Assembly: GCF_006345805.1 (NCBI RefSeq)
Contig: NC_043005.1
Location: 10,602,001 to 10,666,000 of the forward strand
Direction of reading: 5' to 3'
Length of the DNA stretch: 64,000 nt
Origin: Octopus sinensis
Lineage: Eukaryota
The translations under genes and the position numbers were made by a program. The notes below the pieces were generated by a model, which saw only the letters and a program-made list of their open reading frames with translations, was not told the origin of the DNA and did not search any database. Shown here piece by piece: positions 12,931 through 25,847 of this stretch (position 1 is the stretch's first letter; each line of letters begins with the position of its first letter).

Positions 12931-13276
12931 ATCTATATACATATGTATGTATATTTGTATACATATGTATATATATATGTATATGCAACGACTTGTGGTA
13001 ACTGTTATATCCAATACTTTTCTCATTGGATTACGTGTTTGTTCCTCTTTTTGTTATCTGCAATTTTATTCTTGGTCTTCTATATACATGAAGATTTCTC
13101 CTCCATCGTTTATCTATATCTATTTATATATATGTATGTGTATATGTATATATGTGTGTTTATGTAAATATGTGTATACATATATATGTATATATGTATA
13201 TGAATATATGTATATATGTATATGAATATATGTATATATGTATATGAATATATGTATATATGTATATATATGTATC

Positions 13277-13435
13277 GGGCATGGCTGTGTGGTTAGGGAA
13301 CTTGCTTCCTAGCTACATGGTTTCGGGTTCAGTCCCACTGCGTGGCACTTTGGGTAGGTGTCTTCCACTATAGCCCCGAGCTGACCGGAACTTTGTGATT
13401 GAATTCGCTAGGTGGAAGTTACTGCCGTGTGTGTA
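13277..13435 (+). mobile_element. SINE family 1 (OK-like) 5' half
   Basis: ggcatggctgtgtggtt...gggttcagtcccactgcgtggcac. Confidence 0.8.
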
Positions 13436-13539
13436 TGTGTGCGTATAGCTGCTCAGTGTCTCTCCAAAAGAGAGAGAGGGATATATGTACATATGTGTAT
13501 GTATATATCTACATATGTATATCTATATACATGTTTATC

Positions 13540-15305
13540 ACTGAGAATGTAGAGGTTCTTTTTATCTCCAACTCTAGAACATCCAATATACAGCTGACGA
13601 TGTGAGAAGCAAGGTTGACGGAAGTTAACTCCCACCAACTTTGTATATTGACCTTGTGCTTTGTTGATAGACATTGCAAAGCTAAGTTTGACAGGAAACT
13701 GTTGTCTGTTGAACTGAAAAGGGTGATCATTGGAATGGTCCTTGGAATGAATACATTCTCACCCATCATGTTGCCTGTAATTATTGTTGGTTCCAAGACA
13801 TGGGGCATGGCTGTTTTAACAACCAGCCTTGTTCCATTGCAGAGTCTGGGTGCATCAAGGTTTCTTAACAGCATTATGGGAGCATCTGTTTTCATGATTA
13901 GAATATGTGGTGAAAATGCTGGTGGGTGAAGGGATTTGAGGAATTCTACTGGGTAACACATTGCCAGTTCTTGTTCAGGGACAGAGTCAGTTGATCTGTA
14001 TGAACATTCATGTCCTGGAAGGTGAGACAACAAATTTAGATTGAGCTGGTCTACAGCACCATTCCTTGGTGCCAGAATTGTTCTTTTGCATAGCCACTTG
14101 TGACTTTTATAGTTTGTGGCAGTGTTTGGAAATACCTTGCTCTTCAGCTCTTCAAATGAGGCAGTCATATTGCCACATGGGAGGTGGTGCACACTATTTT
14201 CTGCATCTTGTGGAAGTTTTCCATTTTCACTGTCAAGTAAGTTGTTGGAGAACTGTGTGGCTAACAGGTCACCAAGAATGTGAACCCTCATGTTGGTTGT
14301 CAGAGTAAGCTGCTTGACATGTTGCCAGATATATAATGACTTGATGCAAGTTCTCAGCTCACCTGCCCTTGTTCCTCTGGGAATGAGGTGGGTGATACCA
14401 CCCATGATCTTATTGTTTCTGAAGTCTTGTAGTGTTGTATCAAGCACTTCAAAGGCTGCCTTATGAGACATTGTTGCCTCATCCCAGACAATGAGTTTGG
14501 TATCTGTAAGGAGCGTTGCTAACACTGTATTCTTGGATATGTTGCAGAAAGGAGATTAATCTTGGATGAGGTTCAGTGGCAGCTTGAATGTTGCATCCAG
14601 TGGATGCTACAGCCAGAACAATCTTCTTCTGTCTCACCTTGGCAAAAAGCAGGTTGATTAATAATGTATTTCCTGTGCCTCCAGGAGCATCTAAGAAGAA
14701 GGTCCCACCAGTGTTATTGTCCACAGATCTAAGAACTTGCCAGTATATCTCCTTTTCGTCCTGTACCAGAATTGGTTCCTTTTCATTGACAACTACTTGC
14801 AAACTTTCCATGTTGTATGATGTTTCCCTGATTAGCTCTTGTGCTAATCTGTGTTTAACGTCTCTGACAGGAACTGGAAGACCGTATTTCAAGTTTGTTT
14901 CCACCCAGTGATTGAACCTTGTTGTCCATTAATCTTAATGCCTCATTGAAGAATTCACCATTGAACGCGACATCAACATCACACTGATATTGAATTCTTT
15001 GAAGAATGTCTTCAGAAAGCCCCTCCTTGTATTTGCTCCAAAGTTGATTTGGATTTGACAATCCACAGTTCACCAACATGAGAGAGAAGTGGTTTCTCAG
15101 CTCCATAGGAGACTTGCACATTTGTGTCTCCGTCAGAGTGGCATCCCAGTGTGCATCATCTTGCAGAAGACCTCTAAGTTGGCAAGCCTGGCAATATGTT
15201 TGACATACTGTGTTATCAGCTCTATGTAAGGCCATAAATGATGAGGGTCCCTTGACATGGTGTAACAGAAGCCTTAGATAGTAGCACTCTGAGTATTTTT
15301 TGGGA
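13540..15305 (-). mobile_element. Helitron Rep-helicase remnant (PIF1-family SF1 helicase, frameshifted)
   Basis: ECYYLRLLL..VKGP.SF, FFLDAPGGTGNT (motif I, K to N), IVWDEATM, ILAPRN, MLLRNLD..LCNGTRLVV, MSINKAQGQ, FSHRQLYIGCSRV across four frames. Confidence 0.93.
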
Positions 15306-15440
15306 ACTGTTCCCCACTCGGAGGCGTTTCGGAACAAGCCGTCTTCTTCTTCCTGGCTCTCCTGTCTAACTACCTTTGTCCAACCAGGCGCCATGATTGA
15401 CCACTAAAAGTATTTTATTTTCTCTTTATTTCCTCATGTT

Positions 15441-15477
15441 CCTTTCTGTTGAAGTGCATAGGCTCAAAATGTAAAAT
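15441..15477 (+). ncRNA. Degenerate hammerhead motif in PLE LTR-like segment
   Basis: ccttt-ctgttga-agtgc-atag-gctc-aaaa-tgta-aaa; core mutated, adjacent to the PLE RT. Confidence 0.35.
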
Positions 15478-15535
15478 ACTTTCTCACAAACACCTGCTTG
15501 GTGTTTATACACTTGTATTCATCTTTTGTTTTTCA

Positions 15536-15765
15536 GAGGTATGATTGTGAGTTGGTGTGTTTGTAGTGGATGGAAGTAGTGAGAGTGGGGTCGTGTATTT
15601 TGACCGAAATATTGAGAAATGCAACAAGAGTGTTTAAAATGGTGCAAGAGAATTCAAGTGCAGAATTGGACAAAAGAGAGGAAGGAGTTTAGTTGTTCGC
15701 GGCAGAGCTAGGTTGCACCGATGCAGATATCAATATAACAACCGTATAGATCGAGATCTGTGAAT
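15536..15765 (-). mobile_element. Penelope-like element reverse transcriptase fragment
   Basis: 15658-15536 translates LEFSCTILNTLVAFLNISVKIHDPTLTTSIHYKHTNSQSYL (FLD...T..Y.K.T...YL pattern of PLE RT); a YID.CIG remnant lies upstream. Confidence 0.8.
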
Positions 15766-15787
15766 CTTGAAAATATTTGAGCCTCAG

Positions 15788-16233
15788 TGTATATGTATGT
15801 GTGTGTGTGTGTGTGTATGTATGTATGAATGTATATGTATGTATATGTATATATATATATTTGTATATATATATGTATATATATCTATGTATACATATGT
15901 GTATATATATATGTATATATATGAATATGTATATATATATATATATAGAAGTATATATATTTATGTATGTCTATGTATATATGTATATATATATATATAT
16001 GTATGTATTTGCGTATATGTATATGTATGTATGTATTTGCGTATATGTATATGTATGTATGTATTTGCGTATATGTATATGTATGTATGTATATGCGTAT
16101 ATGTATATATATATGTATGTATGTATATGCGTATATGTATATATATGTATTTACATATGTATATATACAGATATATATATATATATTTGTGTATGTACAT
16201 ATGTGTGTGTGTGTATACATATATATATATATA
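15788..16233. repeat. AT/GT compound microsatellite
   Basis: Low complexity. Confidence 0.95.
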
Positions 16234-16450
16234 GTTAATCCAAACATGTAAACACAAAGAGAAAACACAACAACGCGAGGATGTGGAACAAGTATAGTGT
16301 TATTGGACGCTCAGCAAAGGAAAGAAAGGAGGAGGATTTAATGTTTCAAGTGGAGCTCTTCATCAGAAACATAGGAAAAGGAAAGATCCAAAGATGGGAA
16401 GACGGAGGGAAAAAAATCGCCAAAGATACTCAAGCAGTCACATATTGAAT
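16234..16450 (-). mobile_element. PLE LTR-like segment in (TA)n with decayed hammerhead at 16336-16370
   Basis: Minus strand GUUU-CUGAUGA-AGAGCUCCACUU-GAAA-CAUU^AAAU; (TA)n on both sides. Confidence 0.55.
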
Positions 16451-16459
16451 ATATATATG

Positions 16460-16497
<38 letters not shown>

Positions 16498-16810
16498 TAT
16501 ACATGTGTGTGTGTATGTACATATCTATGTGTTCATATACATACATGTATGTATATGTATACATCTATGTTTATATACTTACATACTATATATATATGTT
16601 TATATATGTATATATATACATATGTATATATATGTATATATGTACATGTATATATATATATTTATGTATGCACATGTATATATATATATATATATGTTTA
16701 TATATGTATATATATGTATATATGTATATATATATATTTCTATTTTTATGTATAATCACATATATTATATATATATATTGCTATATGTATGTGTGTATAT
16801 ATATATACAT
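16450..16810. repeat. AT-rich compound microsatellite
   Basis: Low complexity. Confidence 0.95.
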
Positions 16811-17389
16811 AGGTTATGTATAGAAGTGCTTGTTCAAAAATGCGTGTTGAAGTGTACACAATACTCTATGCAGTCTAGTTATTGAATTCACTGTTGTCAG
16901 ATCGTCTCAGCTGTGTTGTCGCTCATGTATGTGTATAACATATGTCTGTACACGGGCATTTGTATATACATCCATGTATACATATACTTATACATTTACA
17001 TATGTGAGAATATGTTTGTTTTGTACCGAATTATGGATGCCTGTTCACATCTTTGTGTAATTAAATGCACAAAGACATTGATACTTTACATATACATATA
17101 AATATATATGTGTCTTTGTATGTGTGCAATATATATGTATGTTTTTATTTATAGATAGATGGGCATATGTGTGTATGTTTGTGTATATGCATAGTTATAG
17201 ATTTGAGTAAATTGGAATGTATTTGTGTATCTAGAAACATATAATGGGGATGCATGTATAATATTTTATTGTCAGTTGTTGCCAGGATGTGTGTCCATTC
17301 TGTTGCCCCAAGAGTAGTTCTTTTGCTTGATGATTTGAATTCATTCTCTGTTCCTGTCGAGAGAGTCATTCCTGCTGAAGTAGTGATTT

Positions 17390-20300
17390 GAGACATAGCT
17401 GCTCTTTGTTGTGTTCCTTGCCATGGTGGGCATTTATTTGGGGGTATCAGATAAGAGTTGTTCGAGTTGTTATTTTGTCATGTCCATATTTGCACTATGT
17501 AGATCTGTGAGGTCAGAAGACAATGTATTTAAAAGTTGTGGACTTACTTGAGGTGAGTGGGTGGGAATATAGCACCATGGTATGGTGTCTTGTCTTATGA
17601 TTATATATATATATATATGTATATACACACATATATATGTATGTGTATATGATTTTTTGTGATGGCCATGATTGGGTGCAGTAATCCAGGTGACAGACCA
17701 TAAATGTTCTCCAGAGGAGCCACTCGGTTTCTTTGTTTGTTTTCTGAATGATCTCAGGATCGAACATGTTAGTCACCTGTACATTGGTGCTGCCTTAGCA
17801 ACATGTACTTGGAATGATGCATTGCCCCTCATGATTTCCCAGGTCACACACTCACTCTTCTTTAGGATTGCAATATCAGTAGATCCTGTGTATTGTGTTT
17901 GCATTCTGCTTGTGGGTGGATATTGCAGTGCTTGAAACTTATCAGCATTGAACTTCATTTTCTGTGCTTCAATCCACTTTTATGTTGCATTCAAATCATT
18001 CTGTAGTTTTGAGTTATCTTTCGAGTCCTTTATTACCTGTGGTACCTTTGTATTATCAGTATCGCTGGTAAGAGTGGTTGACTGTATGATTAACAGCATG
18101 TCTAAGAGAGCCACCACAAATAGTGGTCCCAATTCGGTTCCCTGTGGTACTCTTCTTAGTATAGATGCCTCTACAGCGAGAGCAACATTAATTGCAATTA
18201 CCTGAACCCTAAAGTCATGCAGCCATTCCTTAGTTTACCAACAATACCGAGTTCATGTATTTTGTGACATTTCATCCCAGGATTGACTTTGTCAAAGGCC
18301 TTAACAAAGTTGAGATATATCATGTCCCTATTTGAGGGGTTGAACTGTTATTTCAGTATCTAGCCATAATGCTGAAGTAGCTAGGTTATGCAGCTCCTTT
18401 CTGGACATGATCCATGTTGCCTGACAGTGAGCAAGTCATTTTCATCTAAGAATGTCATCAATTTCCTTCTGATGGTTTTGCTGACTTATGTGGTCACGAA
18501 GACAAGCCTGTAACTTTTAGCACTTGTGATTTCTCCTTTGTGGATAGAGCATATAATACCTTCTTTTAGCATGTTGGAAAGTTTGCCACTTGCCAGGGAG
18601 CTCTGGAAAGGTATCTGCAGTGTTTTGTAAGAGCTGTTTTGCATGTCTTTAAAAGAATTACTGGAAAACCATCAAGACACCTGCCACTGCATTTGAGTTC
18701 ATCTCGCCTGTGGCTGATATTAAGTCCTCTTTTTTATGTTTATGTAATCAATGGTTTTCTCTTCCCTCTGTGGGTTTACAATGTGGTGAAACTTATTAGG
18801 TTTGCTTATTTGCAAATTTCCCATTAGAGAAGTGAAAAACTTTTGAATTGTCTTTTGGTTCTGCAATAGTGAGCCACTTTCTTCAAACAGCGGCCCTCTC
18901 TTGTTGTGCATTGAGGCAGACTATTTTGCAAATTTGTTAAAAGGGCTTAGGGTTCATTTTTGTATTTTCATCTTTCCCTTCTTTTTCAAGGTAGAGTCTG
19001 GTTGTATTTTCAATCTCCAAAAATGCCCTTTTGAGGTGAGACTACTTGCTATCATTAAATTCTTTATTTAAGTTGGGAACTTTATTCTTTGTTTCATTAG
19101 GACTTTCCTGTGTTGGGGAATAATGTCTTTGTGCATATTAGCTTTTCTCTCAGGAATTGCCTGAGAGAATCATTAGCAACACTTTTACATTGTTGATAAA
19201 CGCCACATATTGGTGAAACAGATGTGTACTATATTGTTCCTGTTCAGGAATAGGACTGTGTTCCATAAACATCTTCTTCATGAGATAAAGTAGGGAGTTG
19301 CCCTGATTCGGTTCTTCTTGTATCATTCCTGAGATATCTGATGTTGAAGTTACCCATTAGAATTACATTAGTCTTGTGATCTAGTTTCATTAGGACTTCT
19401 TTTATCATTTTAAAGTGTTCCTCAAATTTTCTCGCATGATTTGAGGTGTCAAGTGAACAATATACTATGCATATTACCTAGTTGCTTTATATGCTGTATG
19501 AAGGTCACAGACTGAGTTGGTATGTGACAACCGGGTTATAGAAGTGATATCTTCATAAGTGTACATGGCAACTCCCTCATGGCTTATTCCTTTCCTCTCT
19601 GCATGAAATGCAGCATATGTGTATCTCTGCATCATTTCTGTCTATAGATAGATGCTATTTGGTTAGTGCTATGCATATTATTTGACTACATGCAGAAAAA
19701 TTACTCAAATATGAGATTTTGATTTTGCTGTTGAGCTGCAACAAACCTCTGATATTCAACAGTAGAATTAGTGAGATTTTTGGGTTGGTGGTAATGGTGG
19801 CCATCCTGGGTCTATTATTTGTGGTGACCTCATGTATGAGTATGCACAGTTTTGTATTAGTTTCATTTGTGGCAACAATAGCTACTGTGCTATATTTTGC
19901 ACCACAGTTACAAAATTCTTTTGTTTGATCGCTGTGGTTTGCACTGCATATTGCTTTTCGGTGAGTGCAGGTCGTTTATGGGTTATTTTTACTGCTGGCT
20001 ATATTTTCTGGGCATTTTCTTTACTATGATGGTTAAGTGAGAAGTAGTTGCTCATTTGAGTGTGACATCATCTGAGCTTGGAATGAGCATAGTGGTAGCT
20101 TGTATCTATTTTTCCATACTGCAGTCATGTACAGATAGTCCTAGGTTTCTTCACAATTTTTGTCTTAACTCATCGTTTCTGGTTTTATGTTTTTAGTTTT
20201 GGTTTCATTTCCCATCATTTGTTGTCTTCTGGCCAATTCCTTTTTACCAACTGTTGCTGTTGACAGGTGGTATTGGAGCCATTTTTGGGTGCTTTACTTT

Positions 20301-20640
20301 CGTTTTCTCATCCTCTCACATCTGTAGAACTAGTGGTTTTAGTGTTGCCCTCTTTATTTAGCTTTTTACTTGAGCTCTGACATTGGTCTCGCCTTCTTTG
20401 TCAGACATTTCACTGACTGTTTCGACATTTTTCATGTCCAATATGTCCAGATGTGATTTTTATAAGTGCTTAGAGCTGTGGATCTAACAAATCTCTTGCT
20501 GTTCTAGGCTGCCACAGTCAGGTCATAGGGTGAGTCATTCTCTGCCATGATCCATGTCTTTAGGGATAATTGTCTCTTGGCAGTATTGCAATTTACTGAC
20601 ATCTTGTCTGCATGACTTATCTGTTTCTTCATAAAATGTG
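17390..20640 (-). mobile_element. Decayed near-full-length CR1/L2-group LINE (APE endonuclease + RT)
   Basis: LLLNIRGL and VILMGNFNI (APE); DMIYLNFVKAFDKV, VPQGTELGPLF, DTDNTK (YADD decayed), MKFNADKFQAL; many stops. Confidence 0.85.
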
Positions 20641-21127
20641 TCCACATTTGTTTGGCTTCTGAGTGCAGAGAGCAGAGACAATGGTGATATGAAGAGAGGG
20701 AAGTGTAAGTTGAAATAGTGAAGAGGAGAGCAAGTTGAGGGGGTGGGGTGGAGAGCCACTGGGTATATGAGGAGAAAAAGAAAGAGAGCTGAGTGAACAA
20801 AGGGGGAGAAGAGTGAGTAGGTTGAGATAGAGAGGAGAATGAGTGAGTGTAGAATAAAGGAAATAGCAGTGGGTCAGAGGAACAGGGATTAAAAGAAAGA
20901 GAAGAAAGTAAGGGGATACTGTCAGAAGCTAAAAGAGGGAGGAGAATGAAAATTGAAAGTGGAGATATTTGCAAGACTGGGAACTTGAGATTTATATTTG
21001 TAGAGAGATAAACGGTGGGGGACAGAAATGAGTGTTAGAGATAGACATAAGGATATTGGAAAAACAGTGCAACACACAAAGATAGAGGGATATATATATA
21101 TATAAAATGCATATATATAATATATAT

Positions 21128-21421
21128 GTGGAGGCGCAATGGCCCAGTGGTTAGGGCAGCGGACTCGCGGTCGTAGGATCGCGGTTTCGATTCCCAGACC
21201 GTGTGTGTTTATTGAGTGAAAACACCTAAAAGCTCCACGAGGCTCCAGCAGGGGCTGGTGATCCCTGCTGTACTCTTTCACCACTCTTTCTCTCACTCTT
21301 TCTTCTATTGGCCTGCTCGCTTAGCCAGCGAGGTGGCTTCATTCGAAGGCTAAAACAATGTGAAGCGCATTGTGACCAGCGATGTGTAGCAACATCTGAT
21401 AACCTGGTCGGTCACGGTGAT
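21128..21421 (+). mobile_element. SINE family 2, tail type a (OR-like)
   Basis: tRNA head tggcccagtggttagggc...ggtttcgattcc; inserted in (TA)n. Confidence 0.9.
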
Positions 21422-21534
21422 ATATATATGTGAATAAATGAAAGAATAGAGTCGAACGAAGATGTTGATAAACATAGGATAATTCATTCACCTACTTATA
21501 TATATATATATATATATATATGCATTTTTTATTC

Positions 21535-23428
21535 TTAAACAAAAATATTATTGACAATGACTTGGAAGTTTTGGCTAGTTTACCTATCATCAAACCATGA
21601 TACATTGAAGTTAATCTTGGCTTTACATAGTCTCTGTTAAAATCTTCTTTGGGTATGTGTCTTGAGTGGAGTGGTAGTTAGGTTGTAGGGTGGATTGTGA
21701 TAGGTATTTTGGAGAAATTTTTGTTGATTAAATTTGTGATTATGTAATTGTAAAGAATTTCTCTCTATCATAGCCCACCCCACACCCTAATTACCACTCC
21801 ACACAAACCCATTTACCCAAGGAAAATTCGAAGTCAAAAGAGACTACAGAAAGCCAAGATAAATTTCAGTGCATCACACTCCTATGATGGCATAGCTGAC
21901 TGAAAATTCAGTCATTTTCCATAATATTCTTGTTTAACCCTTTAGTGTTCGCATTATTCTGCCAAAGTTAATCCTTTTTCATCCTCATCGTTTTGAACTA
22001 ATCCGGCATTATCTTGTAGCTATGAGATTTTGATGAGGTAGCTGTTCATTTTTAAAACAATATTGTAGGGTTGGTGTGAGAGACCAGATCTGGCCAGTTT
22101 GAACATAAAACAGACAGAATACTTTTGGCCGGATATGGCCGGTTTAAATGCTAAAGGGTTAAGAATATTTAATTTATACTCTACAAGAGTATAGAATACC
22201 CCATCGGACTAATGTAAAATTGCTTACATTATAATTAAACATAAATGTGTGTGTGTGTATTGGTAGATAGAGGGAAAAAAAGTATTTTTATTGTGTACTG
22301 TTTTATGCTTGCTGTTTTATATATAAAAGTATTTCTGTTGGTCATGTTTTGTGCAAACTGTTATATACAATATGTGAGAGAAATACCGAAAATTATACAT
22401 ATATAAAGGTATGGTGAAAAAACATAAAGACACTTACTGTACCTGAAAATATATAATCTACTTATATCTGTATAATGAAAGACAACTGGATTTGGTCACC
22501 TGAATTCAATGATATACTATAGATGTGAAGAAAAGAAAAACTATTTGATAATGTATATTGAGATGTAAACGACGGTAAATTTTTTGCCATTTGATATCTT
22601 TCAAACGGTTACAAAAATTACATACATATGCTCATTGGTGCATGTTACTCTACGAAAAGAAAATGCTGCTGCATGATTTGAATTTTCAAGTTTTTCTTAG
22701 ACCTTGTGGTGTCTAATTTTTTTTTACTATACTATGGATGATCGAAATGAAAATATATTTCTGTGTGATTTATTGATAATTATGTACTATGTGAATATAT
22801 CACTTTGATTTCAGATTATTCTGATCTGCTAGCAAATCATAAAGGTTTCTTCAGGTGTAGTAGATACACTGTAATACAACTAAGACACATAATGAATATG
22901 TATATTTACATAAAAATAAATAAATTATGTTTGTTTTTATGTTCAGTTGTAAAAACAATTTCACCCTAATCGGATGGGCTGCTCTGTACTCTTGTAGAGT
23001 ACAAATTTATTATTCTGAAACAAAAATATTATTGACAGTGACTTTGAAGTTCCAGCCAGCTAAGCCATCATAAGACTAAAACTGCTGGCACATCCTTGAC
23101 CTACCTACATCCCTTTTGTGAACCATTAAGAAATGCCATAACCTGAAGAGGACACCCCCTTAATGTACATGGCTGCTTATGAAGTTCTACATACGTGGAT
23201 AAATTCTAAACTCCACAACTGTACACCTAATCGAAAAAATTTATCCAAAACACCTCTCTATCACATCTTATAACCTAATTGCCACTCCACTCAAACCTAC
23301 TTACTCAAGGAAGATTTTAACTTGACAGATATTATATAAAGTCAAGATTAACTCCAATGCATCACAGTCCATCGACGGGTTAGCTGACTGAAACGTCAAA
23401 ATCGATGTCAATAATATTCTTGTTTAAG
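21535..23428. mobile_element. Old multi-inverted repeat cluster (PLE LTR-like)
   Basis: 21535-21720 is inverted relative to 21750-21937; 21880-22225 (minus the MITE) is inverted relative to 22955-23075; 23260-23428 is a further copy. Confidence 0.55.
21934..22162 (+). mobile_element. TTAA MITE family B
   Basis: ttaaccctttag...ctaaagggttaa, 229 bp; near-identical to 49384. Confidence 0.9.
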
Positions 23429-23467
23429 TATAATAAACACGCACACACACATATACATACACACACG

Positions 23468-23570
23468 CACACACTCAGGTGTGTGTGTGTGTGTCTATAT
23501 ATATGTATGTATATGTGCATATATATGTATATAGATGTGTATATGTTTATATATGTATGTAAACACATAA

Positions 23571-23606
<36 letters not shown>

Positions 23607-23782
23607 GTATCAAAATAAGCAACCAGGATATCCAGAGGTAATACACACTCAGGTGTGTGTGTGTCTATATATATGTATATGTGCATATATATGTATATAG
23701 ATGTGTATATGTTTATATATGTATGTGTGCGTATATATGTATATAGATGTGTATATGTTTATATATGTATGTAAGCACATAA

Positions 23783-23818
<36 letters not shown>

Positions 23819-23886
23819 CAAAATACGCAACCAAGATATCCAGAGGTAATTCATTACCTCTGGATATCCTTGTTGCTTATTTTGAT
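23468..23886. repeat. Tandem duplication of about 180 bp ending in a 34-bp-arm hairpin
   Basis: acacactcaggtgtgt...gatatccagaggtaat occurs twice; 23817-23886 is a near-perfect palindrome. Confidence 0.8.
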
Positions 23887-23975
23887 TTTAATCACCTTAT
23901 TTTGAAATTGTATGGATAATACTGTACTAAATTCTGGTGCCTCAACCAAAGTACCATAGTCATCTGAATCTAAAA

Positions 23976-24011
<36 letters not shown>

Positions 24012-24059
24012 ATATATCACAGTCAAAAATTGTGAAGCATGACTGTCACCACTACTACA

Positions 24060-24104
24060 TGAACCTGAAGATTGCATAATTCAATGCATGAAAGTACTAG
24101 TTCA
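24060..24104 (+). ncRNA. Minimal type-I hammerhead ribozyme motif, intact core
   Basis: UGAAC-CUGAAGA-U-UGCAU-AAUUCA-AUGCA-U-GAAA-GUAC-UA^GUUCA: 5-bp stem I, 5-bp stem II, palindromic stem III AGUACU. Confidence 0.75.
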
Positions 24105-24262
24105 ATCAGAATGAACATTAACATTCTATTATTTTATTTTATCTTATTATTTTATATTATCTTATATTATATCATTATAAGATTGTAAATAAAACGTGAA
24201 AATCAGACAAGGTTGGAATACCTTTTATTAATATATTCTTCTATATACAATCATACACACCC

Positions 24263-24305
<43 letters not shown>

Positions 24306-24786
24306 GCTTTTTGTATATACATATCGATATACATGTGTATATCTATCTATCAATCTATCTATGCATGTTATACTTAAAACTCTAGTACAACTATTTTTTT
24401 CCCTATTAAATATCTGTCTTATGCATAGAGCCATGATAGTAAAACTTGTGCCGCTGATGCCTGTTGGACCAGAAACTCTTGTCCATAATTGTTCCTTTAT
24501 CTGCAGACTTTTTTTTTTTTCCTGCTTAATGGAATGTCAGTTTGAAAGAATTCTTGATTTTGTGATTATGTCCCCTCCTGATTTGCTATTGGCTGCAATT
24601 GCCAATATCCCTTCCCATACTTTTGCCCTGATGAGAGGATAATTTGAATATATAAAAAATCTTTTTAAATATTTTATTTAAAATACATTTATCGTTATTG
24701 TCTATATTCATACCACTGCCATTTCTTCCCCTTAGCTAATTTTCTTTGTATGCTTCGTATGTGGTATTTATATATATTTGTGGATT

Positions 24787-24847
<61 letters not shown>

Positions 24848-25311
24848 ATATCAGTGTGTGTACATGTCCAAGCATATACTTGGGTTTTGGTCAATTTTTT
24901 TCACATTCTTGTGTTGTAAAAGAGCTTTCTGAGAGAGAAAAAAAAGCTTTCTCACTGCCATTATTTTATCATTTATATTTGCCTGCCCTTTTCTCTCTCG
25001 TCCAATGAAAAAAGAAAATGTATTTCTCAACAAATCCAACATAGAGAGATTCCATTTAACAAATTCGCATTACAAATGTCATTAATATAGTGCAAAATGA
25101 ACATGGTTATATTTCTTTTAAATTAAACGATAAAATATCATTATCAAGGATTTTTTTCTTCCATTCATTATCATTAAAATGAGTTGATTGTATTACTCCT
25201 GCTACTGCCCTCACAGAACACACTTCCAGTTATTTATTGTGGGTTTTTATCTTCACTCGAGCTTGTCCTCTATTATTGTCTTATTCTCCTGTACTACCAG
25301 AAAACATCACA

Positions 25312-25352
<41 letters not shown>

Positions 25353-25354
<2 letters not shown>

Positions 25355-25632
25355 GGAGTAAACACATAAATGTGAAACTAGGTGGAAAAAAGAGTACTCA
25401 AATACCAGTGCTAGAGTAATATGCTTTATTTAAAGCAGCAGAAAATTCAACAAAACCTGTTACTCTGAGTTTCCTGTTGCCGTTCATCGGACAGTTTTTG
25501 AACAAAACCTGTTACTCTGAGTTTCCCGTTGCCGTTCATGGGACAGTTTTTGCTAGCAAAAACTGTCTGATGAACAGCAACAGGAAACTCAGAGTAACGG
25601 TTTTGTTGAATTTTCTGCTGCTTTAAATAAAG
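25353..25632. mobile_element. Fold-back element in (TA)n with three hammerhead motifs
   Basis: 52-bp tandem duplication (25449-25552); inversion centred on tttttgctagcaaaaa; motifs at 25452-25498(-), 25504-25550(-), 25559-25604(+). Confidence 0.8.
25559..25604 (+). ncRNA. Minimal hammerhead ribozyme motif
   Basis: AAAACUGU-CUGAUGA-ACAGCAACAG-GAAA-CUCAGAG-UA^ACGGUUUU; 8-bp stem I, weak stem II. Confidence 0.65.
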
Positions 25633-25742
25633 TGCATATATATATATATATGCTTAGGATCTGATAATATTTGTCAAGATTCCTTCAGAATTTCCAATTG
25701 GGTATATGGTGTGCAGTTTTCGAAATCTTTAAAGAAAATTAC

Positions 25743-25847
25743 CTTTCTAGTTGCCGATGATTTGAAGCTGCCTTCTTCCATGAGCTTATTTGTTTCATTT
25801 CACTAATTATATTTTCAATATCTAATGCTATCATATGACATTGTAGT
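25743..25847 (-). other. Candidate exon
   Basis: ttttcgccag acceptor, AAG|gtaatt donor, 105 bp, open as LQCHMIALDIENIISEMKQISSWKKAASNHRQLE. Confidence 0.3.

Noticed and set aside
11632-13225. Long ORFs (345-416 aa) rich in Y/I/M/C/V/H
   Set aside because: Translation of stop-poor satellite DNA, open in all frames
13509-14525. Host PIF1 helicase gene
   Set aside because: Intronless, frameshifted, Walker A Lys lost, and fused to a Helitron Rep-side region
21128-21200. tRNA gene
   Set aside because: tRNA-like head continues into SINE body and tail in five copies
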